This document shows positions 52,974-64,000 of a DNA stretch of 64,000 nt, piece after piece. How positions within the stretch are numbered: position 1 is the stretch's first letter; each line of letters starts with the position of its first letter. The position numbers and the translations under genes were made by a program. Below the pieces are notes generated by a model. That model did no database searches and was not told the DNA's origin. It worked only from the letters and a program-made list of their open reading frames with translations. This DNA comes from Pseudovirgaria hyperparasitica (Eukaryota). The DNA is taken from NCBI GenBank assembly GCA_010093815.1, contig ML996569.1; one strand, 5' to 3'.

Positions 52974-54584
52974 ATGTCGTCTCTTCCGTTCCAGGTATGT
53001 TGAAAGTATACCATATTCCAGTTATATCATCTGACACCCTTGAAGCTCAAGAACCCAGATCTCCTGCATAACCTTTCATATGTGAATGGAGAATGGGTGA
53101 AGTCGCAGTCTGGCAAGACATTTGAGGTCATTGGTAGGCGCCATATCAATTGACTATCTCATCATAACGATGTTGACAGAGCCACAGACCCAGGCAACGG
53201 CAAGCCATGGATCTCATGCCCGGTAAACGATGCTTCTGACGTTGACGTCGCCGTCAAGCACGCTCAAACGGCCTTTGAATCATTCAAGAAGATCTCCCCG
53301 CGCTCCCGTGCAGAGATGCTGTACAAGTGGGACGCCCTGATCAAGGAGAACAAGGACGACCTCGCCACCCTCCTCGTCTACGAGACCGGTAAGCCTCGCG
53401 CTGAAGGCTACGGCGAAATCGCCTACGCAACCGGCTTCACCTGGTGGTTCGCCGGCGAGGCAGAGCGCATCCAGGGCTCCGTCTACCAGGCCAGCCAGAC
53501 GGACCGGCGCATCTTCACCATCAAACAGCCCATCGGCGTCTGCGCCGCCCTCGTCCCCTGGAACTTCCCAATCGCCATGATCCTGCGCAAGGTCAGCGCT
53601 GCCCTGGCCGCAGGTTGCGCTATGATCGTCAAGCCCTCGCCGGAAACCCCAATCACCATCCTCGCCCTCGCCCATCTGGCCGCACAGGCAGGCGTGCCAA
53701 AGGGCGTCATCTCCGTGCTCACGACCGACCTTGACAAAACCCCCGAGCTCTCCGAAGCGCTCTGCAAGCACCCGCTTGTCAAGAAAGTCACCTTCACAGG
53801 TAGCACGCGCGTGGGCAAGCTCATCGCCAAGCAATGTGCCGACGGCCTCAAAAAAGTCACCCTCGAGCTCGGCGGCAACTGCCCCTTCCTCATCTTCAAC
53901 GACGCAAACCTTGACAAAGCCCTCGCCCAGCTGGCTGCCCTCAAGTGGCGCCACGCCGGCCAGGCCTGCATCACCGCAAACCGCGTCTACGTCCAGTCCG
54001 GCGTCTTCGACAAGTTCGTCGACATGTACATCGCCCAGACCAAAACTCTCAAGATCGGCCACGGCAGCGAAGACGGCACCACGCTCGGGCCCGTCACAAC
54101 AACACGCGGCCTCGACAAGGCCGACGAACTCGTCGCTGACGCTAAAAAGAAAGGCGCATCAATCCTCACCGGCGGCCAGCGCGCGAATCCCACCGGGCTC
54201 GCCAAAGGCGGCTACTTCTACGAACCCACCGTCATCACAAACACAACCGCCGACATGCTCGTCCTACGCGAGGAAAACTTCTCGCCGATTTGTGCATTCG
54301 TCAAGTTCGAGACCGAGCGCGAGGCCGTCGCGGCCGCAAACGACACCTCCATGGGCCTGGCGAGCTACTGTTTCACAACCAACGTGAACCGGCTCTGGCG
54401 ACTGTTTGAGAATCTCGAGGCGGGCATGATCGGACTGAATACGGGGAATTCTTCGGCGGCCGAGAGTCCGTTTGGTGGGATCAAGGAGTCCGGGTATGGT
54501 AAGGAGAGTGGCAAGGATGTTGCTGTGGCCGAGTATATGATTACTAAGACGGGCACGTTCACGTTGGATGAGGAGACGGACTAA
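52974..54584 (+). CDS. Succinate-semialdehyde dehydrogenase-like aldehyde dehydrogenase (GabD/Uga2 family)
   Basis: PWNFPIAMI, KPSPETP, FTGSTRVGK, LELGGN, GQACITANR, EENFSP, PFGGIKESGYGKE. 2 introns at the 5' end. Confidence 0.92.
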
Positions 54585-55134
54585 TTAGTTGTTATGTCTT
54601 TGTGTTGGAATAATGTTTTTTGAATGGAATGTCTCGTCCAAGACACACACATTACCATCTTATGCCGCCGTAAACAGATCTGCAATTGCCATGATGAGAC
54701 GCTGCCTCAGGCATTGCAGATTCGACTCATCAGATCCACTGTTCTCGCACTCAGATATTTGTTGGATGCACTTACTTCAACATAATTCACTTTCAAGCCA
54801 ATTCAGTCCTATTCAACTCAACAACATGATATAATGGTTACTGACAAGACTCCTTGTGAGAAAAGCGCCAGGCCTCCCCTTCGATGGTATATATGTAGGT
54901 GTGTATGTGTATGTATGTATAGACATCTTCCTTACATCATCATATCATATGATACTATGCCGGGCCTGCCATTTCGTCTGTCAAGCAAAGAAGAATCCAA
55001 CAAAGAACGGAAAACGTCATATGCCACCTCATGCCATCCCCTCATTGCCACCGGTACTCATGCAAAACGCTACACCGCCGGAGTACTTTTAAAAATGAGC
55101 AATACTCCAGAATTTCAGCTTCATCTCGCGTCTT

Positions 55135-55935
55135 TTACAACCGGATGGGTGCGCGGAAGCTCCGTCGTACATAGCCCGTAGGCATAGCACCGGTCGGCGC
55201 GGCGCTTGACGCTGAGTCGCCGCCGGTTGGGTAGTACCCACCTTCACTAGATTGCTTGGGACCTCCAGTGTGGACGGCTTCGGGCTCGGTGGCTTCAGGT
55301 TCGGTGACTTCGGGCTCAGTAGCTTCAGGCTTGACGACGGCATCAGAGGCAGCAGGGGCAGGGACGGTAACATAGACGGTCTGTTGTTCAGTAACGTATA
55401 CGGTGCTTGGGGCAGCGCAGACGCCAGTCTCCTGAGCAGCAACGTCGGCGGCGGTAGGAGTGTTTCGGTAGACTGTGACGACCTTGGTGAGGGTGGATGT
55501 TTGCCTGATGGTGGTGGTGGGTTCAGGGCTGGGGCTGGGTGTTGGGTTTTGATTTGGGTTGGCGTTGTAGTCGGGTACGTCTTGCTCTGCGACCTGCGAA
55601 GGGGCGCGCGTCATGGTAACGACATGAGTAAGAGTTCGAGTGCTGGTGTGCTTGACTGTTGTGGTGACGACCTGAGCGGTGGAGCCGTAACCCAGAGTGT
55701 AGGTCAACGTGTTGTCCACGATCTCGGTGATGACCTGGACGTCTGTACCACCTGGAGCGACAGTTTCTTGAGGCTTTGATTCGTAGCCGGTCGACAGGTT
55801 TGGAGCGGGCGTTACGGTGTTGTTATAGCCATATGCCCCATCATGGCGCATGTGTAGGCGGGCGTGTTCGTGGTGCGCAGAGGCAGCCGCGGTGGCCGCA
55901 ACGGCAAGGACGGAGAAGGTGGTGAGGAAGTGCAT
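55135..55935 (-). CDS. Secreted Thr/Pro-rich (mucin-like/cell-wall) protein with PEATE repeats
   Basis: Signal MHFLTTFSVLAVAATAAASA, HARLHMRH pro-like segment, TTT/TVYVT tracts, PEATE-PEVTE-PEATE-PEAV, strong codon bias. Confidence 0.8.
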   Translation of the reverse strand: MHFLTTFSVLAVAATAAASAHHEHARLHMRHDGAYGYNNTVTPAPNLSTGYESKPQETVAPGGTDVQVITEIVDNTLTYTLGYGSTAQVVTTTVKHTSTRTLTHVVTMTRAPSQVAEQDVPDYNANPNQNPTPSPSPEPTTTIRQTSTLTKVVTVYRNTPTAADVAAQETGVCAAPSTVYVTEQQTVYVTVPAPAASDAVVKPEATEPEVTEPEATEPEAVHTGGPKQSSEGGYYPTGGDSASSAAPTGAMPTGYVRRSFRAPIRL

Positions 55936-57227
55936 TTCTGCTGAGTTGATTGCTTCTGAGGCTTTTTGAAGAGGATATGGACAGACTGGATTCTCGTGAG
56001 GGATATCAGGAAGACAGAGGCAGAAATCAATTCTGCAGAAGCTTGACACGAACGGAAGGGGCTGAAAGAGCGACTGTGGTTGAGAGCAGTTGAAAGAATG
56101 GACAGCCTACAGAAGGGCAAAAGAAGAGAGCGTGAGACGTGAAGCTGTACAGAAAGTCGAGGGAGAGGGAGAAAGCGAACAAAAGGAAGATGGATAGGAG
56201 CAAATGGTAGCGGAGGATTATCATTGGCGAGGGGCCCCCTGTTACGTAGTGGGCCCGGCCGATCTCCTGCCCAGCATCAATCGCAATTTGCCAATTTGGG
56301 GGTCTGAACGAACCACGAGGATGCAGTTTAGCGGCCAGTTTCACCACCTCCACCACGCCCTCGCTGGCTGACGTGAATAAGATATCCCTTGGCCGCCATC
56401 CTTGCTCGGCCGGCCAGTCATCTTCATCCATCTCATCATTTAATCCTTCATAATCAGTTGGAGCGCTTATTGACTCGAGGAACTCTGTTGGTGGAGTCCT
56501 ATCGTCGGCCACAGCTCATCACAGTTTTCTCTTCGTACTCCACCACAGTGATACAGCGGCAATCAGATTGCGCTCTGTGTGTTCCTTCATGATTTATTGC
56601 AGCAGCATCGTTACGCAAGCGGAGCGGTCAATCGCGTGGTGAGCGTGCGTGGATTTGGGGGGAGGTCGTGGAGCACTGTAGCCGGCCATGCTATTAGCCA
56701 ACATCATTCCTGTGGCGTACAGTGATACGAGACCTATTCTGACATCGTTACAAGACTGCATTTGGCCCCTTGAGGCGTCCTTCGGCAGCGAGCATCTGCC
56801 TGGGTACATAGCAGTAGCACAGGCCAGCTGTAGCGGGAGCGCTGGTGGCCGCGATACAGTCCGCGCACTCGATTGCCGCAATCCTCCACTCGATGCCTTG
56901 GCGATGAGAGGTCATCGCTCGTGGTTCTCAGTTTCAAGGGCGTGCACAGTGCAGCTGTCGAAAGCCTTGTCGGCGGAAGTGTCATGCGTGTGTGCGTATG
57001 TGTGTGTGGTGATGAAGCCATGAAAGATCTGACGTGGACTGACAGGCCGTACCTGCGTCTGCGTGGTTGCGTACCTGCGTCTTACTTACACGTGCCTAGA
57101 TATACGCGTGTATACCAGGATATACCTGCGTAAGCAGCCGACTGACTGCAATCTGACTTGCTAATGCTCCATACCTGCATAAAGACTCAAAGCCCGTCCG
57201 TTTCATGCGAGATTACGTTCTAACTAA

Positions 57228-57272
57228 TTATCAACTATCAACTATCAACTATCAGGATACCAGATAGATAGC
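57228..57272. repeat. Tandem 7-mer (CTATCAA)n forming a GATA-motif cluster
   Basis: ttatcaa-ctatcaa-ctatcaa-ctatcag-gatac-cagatagatag. Confidence 0.6.
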
Positions 57273-58546
57273 ATTAACTCCCCAAGGCATCAGTTACGGC
57301 ACGCATCTACTGCTCTCTTACTCGCCTAAAGCTTTGCCCAATCCCTCGCCCGCAACCTAATGCAAAACAAAAAATCCAAATTTCAGCCAATCCCAGCCCC
57401 AGTGCAATCTCTCTGTCCAAAACACCGATCTTGCCCCTGAATATAACAATGAATAAAGGCAAAACGGATAGACCTACACCTAGGCGCGATGCCAGCCATA
57501 TACATCTTGCAGTACGTACTATATCTCGTGCTCCGGCACTGCCATCCATGGCATTGTAACCAACCTCCTGTGACCTAATTAACGTTCGAGATCTCGTAAG
57601 TGCCTGACTCGCATGCGAAAGCGGTCAGTCCCACACGGTAATGAATCTGGAATTACACCGAAACTCGAAGCTGACGACACCCACAATTGTACAAACAAAC
57701 GACTACGATAACCTCGCAATCAACTCCGATACCTTATCTTCACACTTCCCATTCCCGGAAAATCCTGTCTCTGTCCCCGCAAATGGAAAAACACCCGTCT
57801 AAAATCCATCTGTTGATCGAGACTCGTCTCACAAACGACACGTGTCGAACACAAGAAAGGCAAACTACGCCACAACCATTCAGTACGAACCGCCAGCAAT
57901 AAAGCATATGCATACATGCTCGTGACTGCCTCGATTACTGATGTCGCGCGCGTGTGTGATGTAATGAACAAACTTTGTGTAGTTGGAGTCACGTCATGTA
58001 CTCAACTTGCAATACGCATGAATACGACGAATGATCCTTGTGTGTGCTGGCACACAGTCCACTGCTTCATATGTGTGCGTGTAACAACTAACAATTCCTA
58101 ATCTAATCTCTCCTACACAAGGTAATCAAGTAAGATTGCTGCTGTCAGACGCATATACCGTCTTACCCAGTGCGTACCAACATACATTTCCAATCCTGAT
58201 CACAATCATATATTACTATTCATAACAACAACAACAATAACATATGACGACTTGTGCTTATGCGTTGTTCTCATAGTATAATCTTACCCATACCCTGCAA
58301 TGCGCATCGGTGCACACGTCACGTACACAGCATCAACCTCCTCACCTACAACGCATGAGAGAGACACGTCTGGGATACAAAAAACTACAGTATATCCAGA
58401 ACACGACATGCCCTGCCTGTTAAGAAGAGCACGGAATGCTAATGATTATACCGCTGCTGCTTTTGTCCAAAATCACAGATATAGAGAATCCAAACTGCCA
58501 AATACTTATACAACACCAACCAAATATCCTCGACTGCATTCTCCCA

Positions 58547-60271
58547 TCAATGAGACCTATTATCACCGCAACTAAACGACCTCCCACCCTCTCCATTCGC
58601 CAACGCCTTCGCACCCGCCCACGTGCCCAACACACAAATCGTCGCACCCAGACACAAGATCCCCGCATTCACCACGGCAAGCGCAATCTTGCGTTTACTG
58701 CTCGTCCACCGACCCTTGTTCATGTACAGCCACAGCCCACCCGGCAGACCGTAACTGAACCACGAGCAAAACAGACTGCCGATTAGGGAGAGCAAGACGT
58801 GGAAGTTTGGGATGGCTTCGGCGATGATGAAGGCGACGAGCCAGAGAATTGCGTTGATGAAGTACCATGATGCGAGGGACTTGAAAGAGCGTTCGTGGAT
58901 CACGCGTGTGCCGGCCCAGTAGCGGGTGTAGATGTACTTTGCGGCTACGGCGCCGTTGACGACGCCTGCCACTACGATTGTGGGTGCTGCGATGCCGTAA
59001 GCGACTTTTGTAATGGTTGGGTTGCCGATGCCGTCGAGTGCGGGGGACGTCACGGTGGAGCCGGCGTAGTAGTAGATGACTGCTGCGATAACCATGTAGA
59101 AGGTGCAGGTCGTTGTCGTCATGAAGGCAAGGGCTTTCTTGAAGTCACGCGGCTGTGACATTTCGCCGAGGAAGCTGAAGAAGGCAACGTGACCGGCGTA
59201 TGCGAGGATCATGGTCATAACGGCAACAATGGACGAGTGCAGGGGCAAGGTGCTCACAACGGCGGAGACGTTGCCGGGCGAGGGAGCGCGGACGGCGAGG
59301 GCGACAAGGGTGATGAGGACGGCAATTAAGATCGAGATGCATGCTGGAGGAGTGAGAATTGCAAGGCATGTAAAGGGGAAAACAAGGGGTCTTACAGGCT
59401 GCGGAAGTCCAGGAGAGGCCTGACATCTTGCGGGGCATGCCGATTATGAAGGACACCAGAGTGCCGATGACGGCCCATACGATTGTGCAGGTGGCGTGGT
59501 TTGTGAGCCAGTTCATCATGAGGTTAAATGAGACGATGTGAGCGCCCATGATGAAGACGAGGATGAGGATGCTGGACACGGCCATGAATTCGCGTCCGAA
59601 CCGACCTGCGATGAGGAAGCCGACATCGGGAAAACTACACACTCCCGGAAATGCTTCTTTGAACTGACCGATGACGAAGCCGGTGTATGTCGCGACGATG
59701 CCGAGAAAGGCAATTAAGAGAAGGCCACTAAGAGTTGTGAGAAGCCTTGTTGGGATATCAAGGGGGGAGTACTCACGGGACGAGTCCAAGATGGGCAACA
59801 GCCTGAGGAAGAGCGAGCACACCGAGTGAGATGGTCTCAGCAATCATAACTATACTCTATCAGTATCCGAAAGAGCATGACTTTTGTTTGACGTACGGAG
59901 CGCTGTTTGACTGTTGATTGGATCAATTAGCATATGGGCCTTAATGTTCTGTTGCCACGACACGACTTACACCCAATTACAGGTCTTATACCTGACTTGA
60001 GCACCCTCTTCATTACCGAATGCGTCCTGAAGTAATTGTCAGACGCGAGCCTAGGCATACGATGCAAGCATTTCATCATCGCAAGGGCAGTGATCAATGC
60101 TTTGCATTGCAAGAGAAGGGAAGAAGTTACATCGACAACCGACGCTCTTCTAGTGACGTCTGCACGAACTCTTTCGACATCTGGCAGAGCGAGCATTCCC
60201 TCCCCGGAGTCGACACGTGCAGGGTCGACCTCCCTGGTCGTTGGTGTGGGCTTCTCTTGAACAGAACGCAT
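58547..60271 (-). CDS. Mtr-like neutral amino acid permease (Aa_trans/AAAP family)
   Basis: YKTCNWVQTALLMIAETISLGVLALPQAV, ATYTGFVIGQFK, AYAGHVAFF, EMSQPRDFKKAL, IIAEAIPNF. About 5 introns, including a 14-nt micro-exon at 59897-59910. Confidence 0.92.
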
Positions 60272-61803
60272 TGTCGGCAAAAGGTTGTTAGAGACGGTGT
60301 TTATAAGACTTAGGGGAAGGCTCATTCGAGATCGCTGTATATGCAAAGCAGAGTTTGTATCAGTTGAGGGTGAGATGGATTGGAATGAATGCTTGGGCGC
60401 AGAAAGCCTGCTGCGGAAAAATGTGCGGCCTTTTATGGGCCAGTGCTGGACAAGCGAAGTCGGCGAGCGTGGGATAAGATGAGAGGAAAAAGACTGCTAG
60501 ACCATGGATGGGGTACTTTGATCCATGGATTGTCATGAGCATTGATCGTGATGTAAGTTGGGATGTTGCTCGCGGCCCAGATGGGGCCTGACGCCAATGA
60601 GGCAATGGCTACGAAGGTGCGATATCCATGGGCAGCGACACTATGATGTACCACAGTATCGAAGAATCACTGCCCACAACGTCTTTGTCCAGTCGGCGCA
60701 TGCCCATCTGCGCAGTAGTCTCCCATATAAGAGAATAGTCAAAGTACGCAGCGTGTGCAGCGGCAGCTGTCGGAAGTGTAGCGCCCAAGTTGCGACTCGA
60801 ATATCCATGCTCTTGTGACATGCTCTGAGACACAAACCATACGACATCCATCGCGACACGTTGATGTTGACCATATGTCATTACAGAGTGCAAAGCAGAA
60901 ACAGGACACTGAGTCAAAGACTAAGTGTTATACTTCCAGATCAGAATGAATACTGCGAAGACGTAGAGCAGTTTCTTCACACACGCATTCTTATAGACTG
61001 GTACACTATCGTAAGTGACCTAAAGATGATTGATGCGTCATGATGCATGTATGATGGAGAGGGTGTATCGGAGACCATACACGAGTCCACGATTCGATAT
61101 AATAGCCAGAGAATTGGCCAGGATATGTGATACTGGAGAATGATTGATGGGTCAAGGTTGAATCCTCCCATAAGGTTCAAGACTGCAGCTGATTACCTAA
61201 CTTCACCTAGTATCCATCGATTATAGATTATAGGGAGCAAAAGAGCCGATGTCAATTGAGGTCAGGCAGGGTTAACTACGCATTCCAATCACACAACAGC
61301 ATCAATGCACGCCATGTTGATGGCTTCGTGCATCAGGAACCAAGCAGCAATGCGCAGAGCTGACCCTGCAGACCGTTACGTCTGGCCTGACACTGACAGC
61401 AGTAATTCGTATATATAGGCCGTCAGAGCCTCGCAACTCGCAACGGTCCTGGAGCCTTCTTCCATCCATCACGTCAAACATCAGTCTTCATTGTTGCAAA
61501 CAAACATCCATCAATCGAACTCTTCGACCTCGGAACTCCTCTTAATTTGAAGTATTACCCCACTCCCGAAGCCTTGTGGTCGTACAATACAGACGGACGC
61601 GTTACGAAGCCACCGCATATTCATCCGCGACTAAAGCTAGCAAGCCTAATCCCCCTCCCCAAAGTCGGGCGCTTCAGCTGCCGCTCCCCAATTCCTCACG
61701 CCCTTGTTCCCTCTTCTGCAGCTCCAATTCCCGCACCACAGCATCTCCTGACCTCTCTGGGCCGCTCATATTCCTTCATCAGTTCATCCTACAGCCTCGC
61801 GCA

Positions 61804-62698
61804 ATGGTTGAACTTCGTAAACGCAAGACTCCTCCCGTGGCGCCCCCAAAGCCTGCGCGCAAAAAGAGCAGCTCTGCCACGCCTGCGCCCGCGCCGAAAC
61901 CCACCTCAAAGGTCGCGAAAGTGAAGGAGACTGTCAAGAACGTCGTCAAGCCTGCGTCGAAGGAGGACGCGCCTGTTCCTGCTGCAGCTGCTGCAGAGAC
62001 GAAGCCCGTCGCAGGCGGCCTACCAACAGTCGGCTCCACCATAGACATAGCAACTTTTGGAGGAGAAGTTGAAACCCACGAAGGCGTCAAGACTACACTT
62101 GCGAAGCTTCTGGCCGAGAGCAAGGCAGGCATCGTCATCTTCACATACCCAAAGCAGAATACCCCAGGCTGTAAGTTTGAGCGCATCGCATCGCGTCGCA
62201 TCGCGTCGCATCGCGTCGCATTCATCACATCGCACGCCAAGATTTTGAACTAACTGTGATGTCACCTTAGGCACCAGACAAGCGTGTTCCTTCCGCGACT
62301 CTTACGACTCTCTCACAGCCACAGGCCTCTCAATCTACGGCCTCTCAACTGACGCGCCCAAGGGCAACAAGAGCTTCCGTGACAAGTTCAGCTTCCCGTA
62401 CACGCTACTATGCGACCCGAAACAGGTCCTGATCAAGCCGTTGGGCTTCGGCAAGGCTGGAACTGCTCATCGCGGTGTCTTCGTCGTCACGCCGGCTGGC
62501 AAGGTGCTAGCTAATGAGAAGGGTGGGCCAGAGCCTACTGTCGACGTCGTCAGGAAGATTGTCGCGAGCATGGGCGGAGCTGACGCGACTGCGCAGAAAG
62601 AGGCCACGCAGGAGGAGAAAGAGACGGCAAAGAGTGCTGCTGAAGTCGCAGACACGGCCGCAACGTTGGATGGTACCCCGCAACCGACCAAAGCATGA
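61804..62698 (+). CDS. DOT5: Nuclear BCP/PrxQ-type peroxiredoxin (Dot5-like)
   Basis: MVELRKRK basic N-terminus; FTYPKQNTPGC-TRQAC-SFRD (PxxxTxxC plus resolving Cys, Cys codon split by intron 62170-62270); YGLSTD; FPYTLLCDP. Confidence 0.9.
62181..62221. repeat. Intronic pentamer/decamer repeat (CGCAT/CGCGT)n
   Basis: gcgcatcgcatcgcgtcgcatcgcgtcgcatcgcgtcgcat within the peroxiredoxin intron. Confidence 0.8.
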
Positions 62699-64000
62699 AC
62701 ATGAACGTGGCCATGGGGCGATCTTTTGGTCTGGAGAAGCTTGGATTGCTTGGATTGAGAATAGGAATCCCCATGGCCCTATTCTTTCGGCTGTCCATGA
62801 TGATGCCGCATTCAGCTAGTCTTGTATTCTTGCCCCGGTATTAGCTAGCTATATAGGTCCTATTAACTTGATATGAATTACGTATACTCTTTACATATAC
62901 AATGCTGCAATTCCCTCCAGCATTGATTGTGTATGCCACAACACAGCTTTTGTCACGAGTTTCATTCAGATTGAACCATGCACTTTCCAAGTCAACGATG
63001 GTCTTTACTGCTTGCTCGTGAATCGTTCATGTGCTAGTAGTTGTTGGGCTATGCTAGTAAAGTAGTAGAGAGGTATGTGAAGGGGTTTGATGCTCCTGCG
63101 TTTGATGCTAGTATATATATATGTGAAGTAAGTACGTAAGATGAATGCTGGGACAGTCACATGCAGTCCTTTCGTAGAATTGGTTGCGTGTACAAGGGGA
63201 GAGAAAGCTGGACGAGTAGATATGCGGGATGTGAGTAAGTATGAATTATGTCACAGCACGCGTGAGATGAGATGAGGTGCAGAGAGGGTCGTAAGCAGGT
63301 TTATATTAGGGAAACTGTGGATAGGTTTGGTGTGATAGATCTATTCATGGTTCTTCAGGGGTATCTACTAATGATCTAAGGATGGAGTAGTGGCAATGAA
63401 TCATCCCATCAGCGCAGACCATTTAAAAATTCTCATCTTACATTTTGACTCTAGATTACAAGATGTTACATGCTTAGACTTTGTGGACTGGCGATTAGAA
63501 TGTCACATGGACGGCTGATGGATGGAGTAGAATCTAGTTTGTGACTACGTCGGCCGTTGAGATCTGGAGGTTTTGTCAAAAGTTCGTATGGCTGGTACGG
63601 ATGGCTAGTGGTCGTCCACTCATGCCATGTATTCACGAGAGTGAATGAAGATGTAAGAGAGTTATGCCTGGAGAAGTCTTCCACTGTCATTCATCGGAAA
63701 TTACGAAAAAGTAAAGGGATCATGAGAAAGACAACTGATGGTTTACATGCTTATGCACCAATATTATTCTTTAACGAGACCATCGCTGGCATTCACGCAA
63801 GCACAAAGAGCCTGGGGTATGACAAAGCATGGTGCGCCTTGTGAAGAACAGCGAAGCACAGAACATTCACCCTGACAGCGTCTTTCAATGAATGAAGCGT
63901 CATGACTATTATATCACTCTCCCAGGAGCAATACATACGCATACGACAAGCCATATATCCCAAATGCCTTCTCATCAAAGAAACCAACCGCAAAAATGTC

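Noticed and set aside
53280..54387. Long antisense and alternate-frame ORFs over the SSADH gene (similarly 33640-34257 over NDUFS7)
   Set aside because: Shadow ORFs caused by high GC3 codon bias of the real genes.

Overview
Intron-containing, gene-dense DNA from a filamentous ascomycete. The Pezizomycotina assignment, possibly Dothideomycete, is inferred from gene content and short GT-AG introns with CTRAY branch points. About 20 protein-coding genes are supported. Conserved genes: cyclase-family hydrolase, Pth11-like receptor, Grx5, PPC decarboxylase, a C2H2 zinc-finger protein, ALG10, PSF2, an SH3-RasGEF, a Pirh2-like CHY/RING ligase, RPL31, complex I PSST, TRAPPC2L, an AFG1-like ATPase, SEC23, an SDR/SSADH pair, an Mtr-type permease and a BCP/Dot5 peroxiredoxin. 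Secreted or surface proteins are also present. Three things stand out. (1) An accessory block at about 41.2-47.4 kb holds a decaying divergent three-gene module (caspase-like protease pseudogene, small Tudor/SH3-like protein, truncated DUF6594 membrane protein) plus a GC-rich intronless Myb-like gene. (2) A Pol III tRNA-like unit at 7.6-7.7 kb has TATA, A box, B box and oligo-T terminator, but a broken acceptor stem and an ambiguous UCA/CAA anticodon. (3) An approximately 8 kb gene-free interval upstream of the RasGEF contains palindromes and G/C-run inverted repeats. Gene models were built by eye and no database searches were run.
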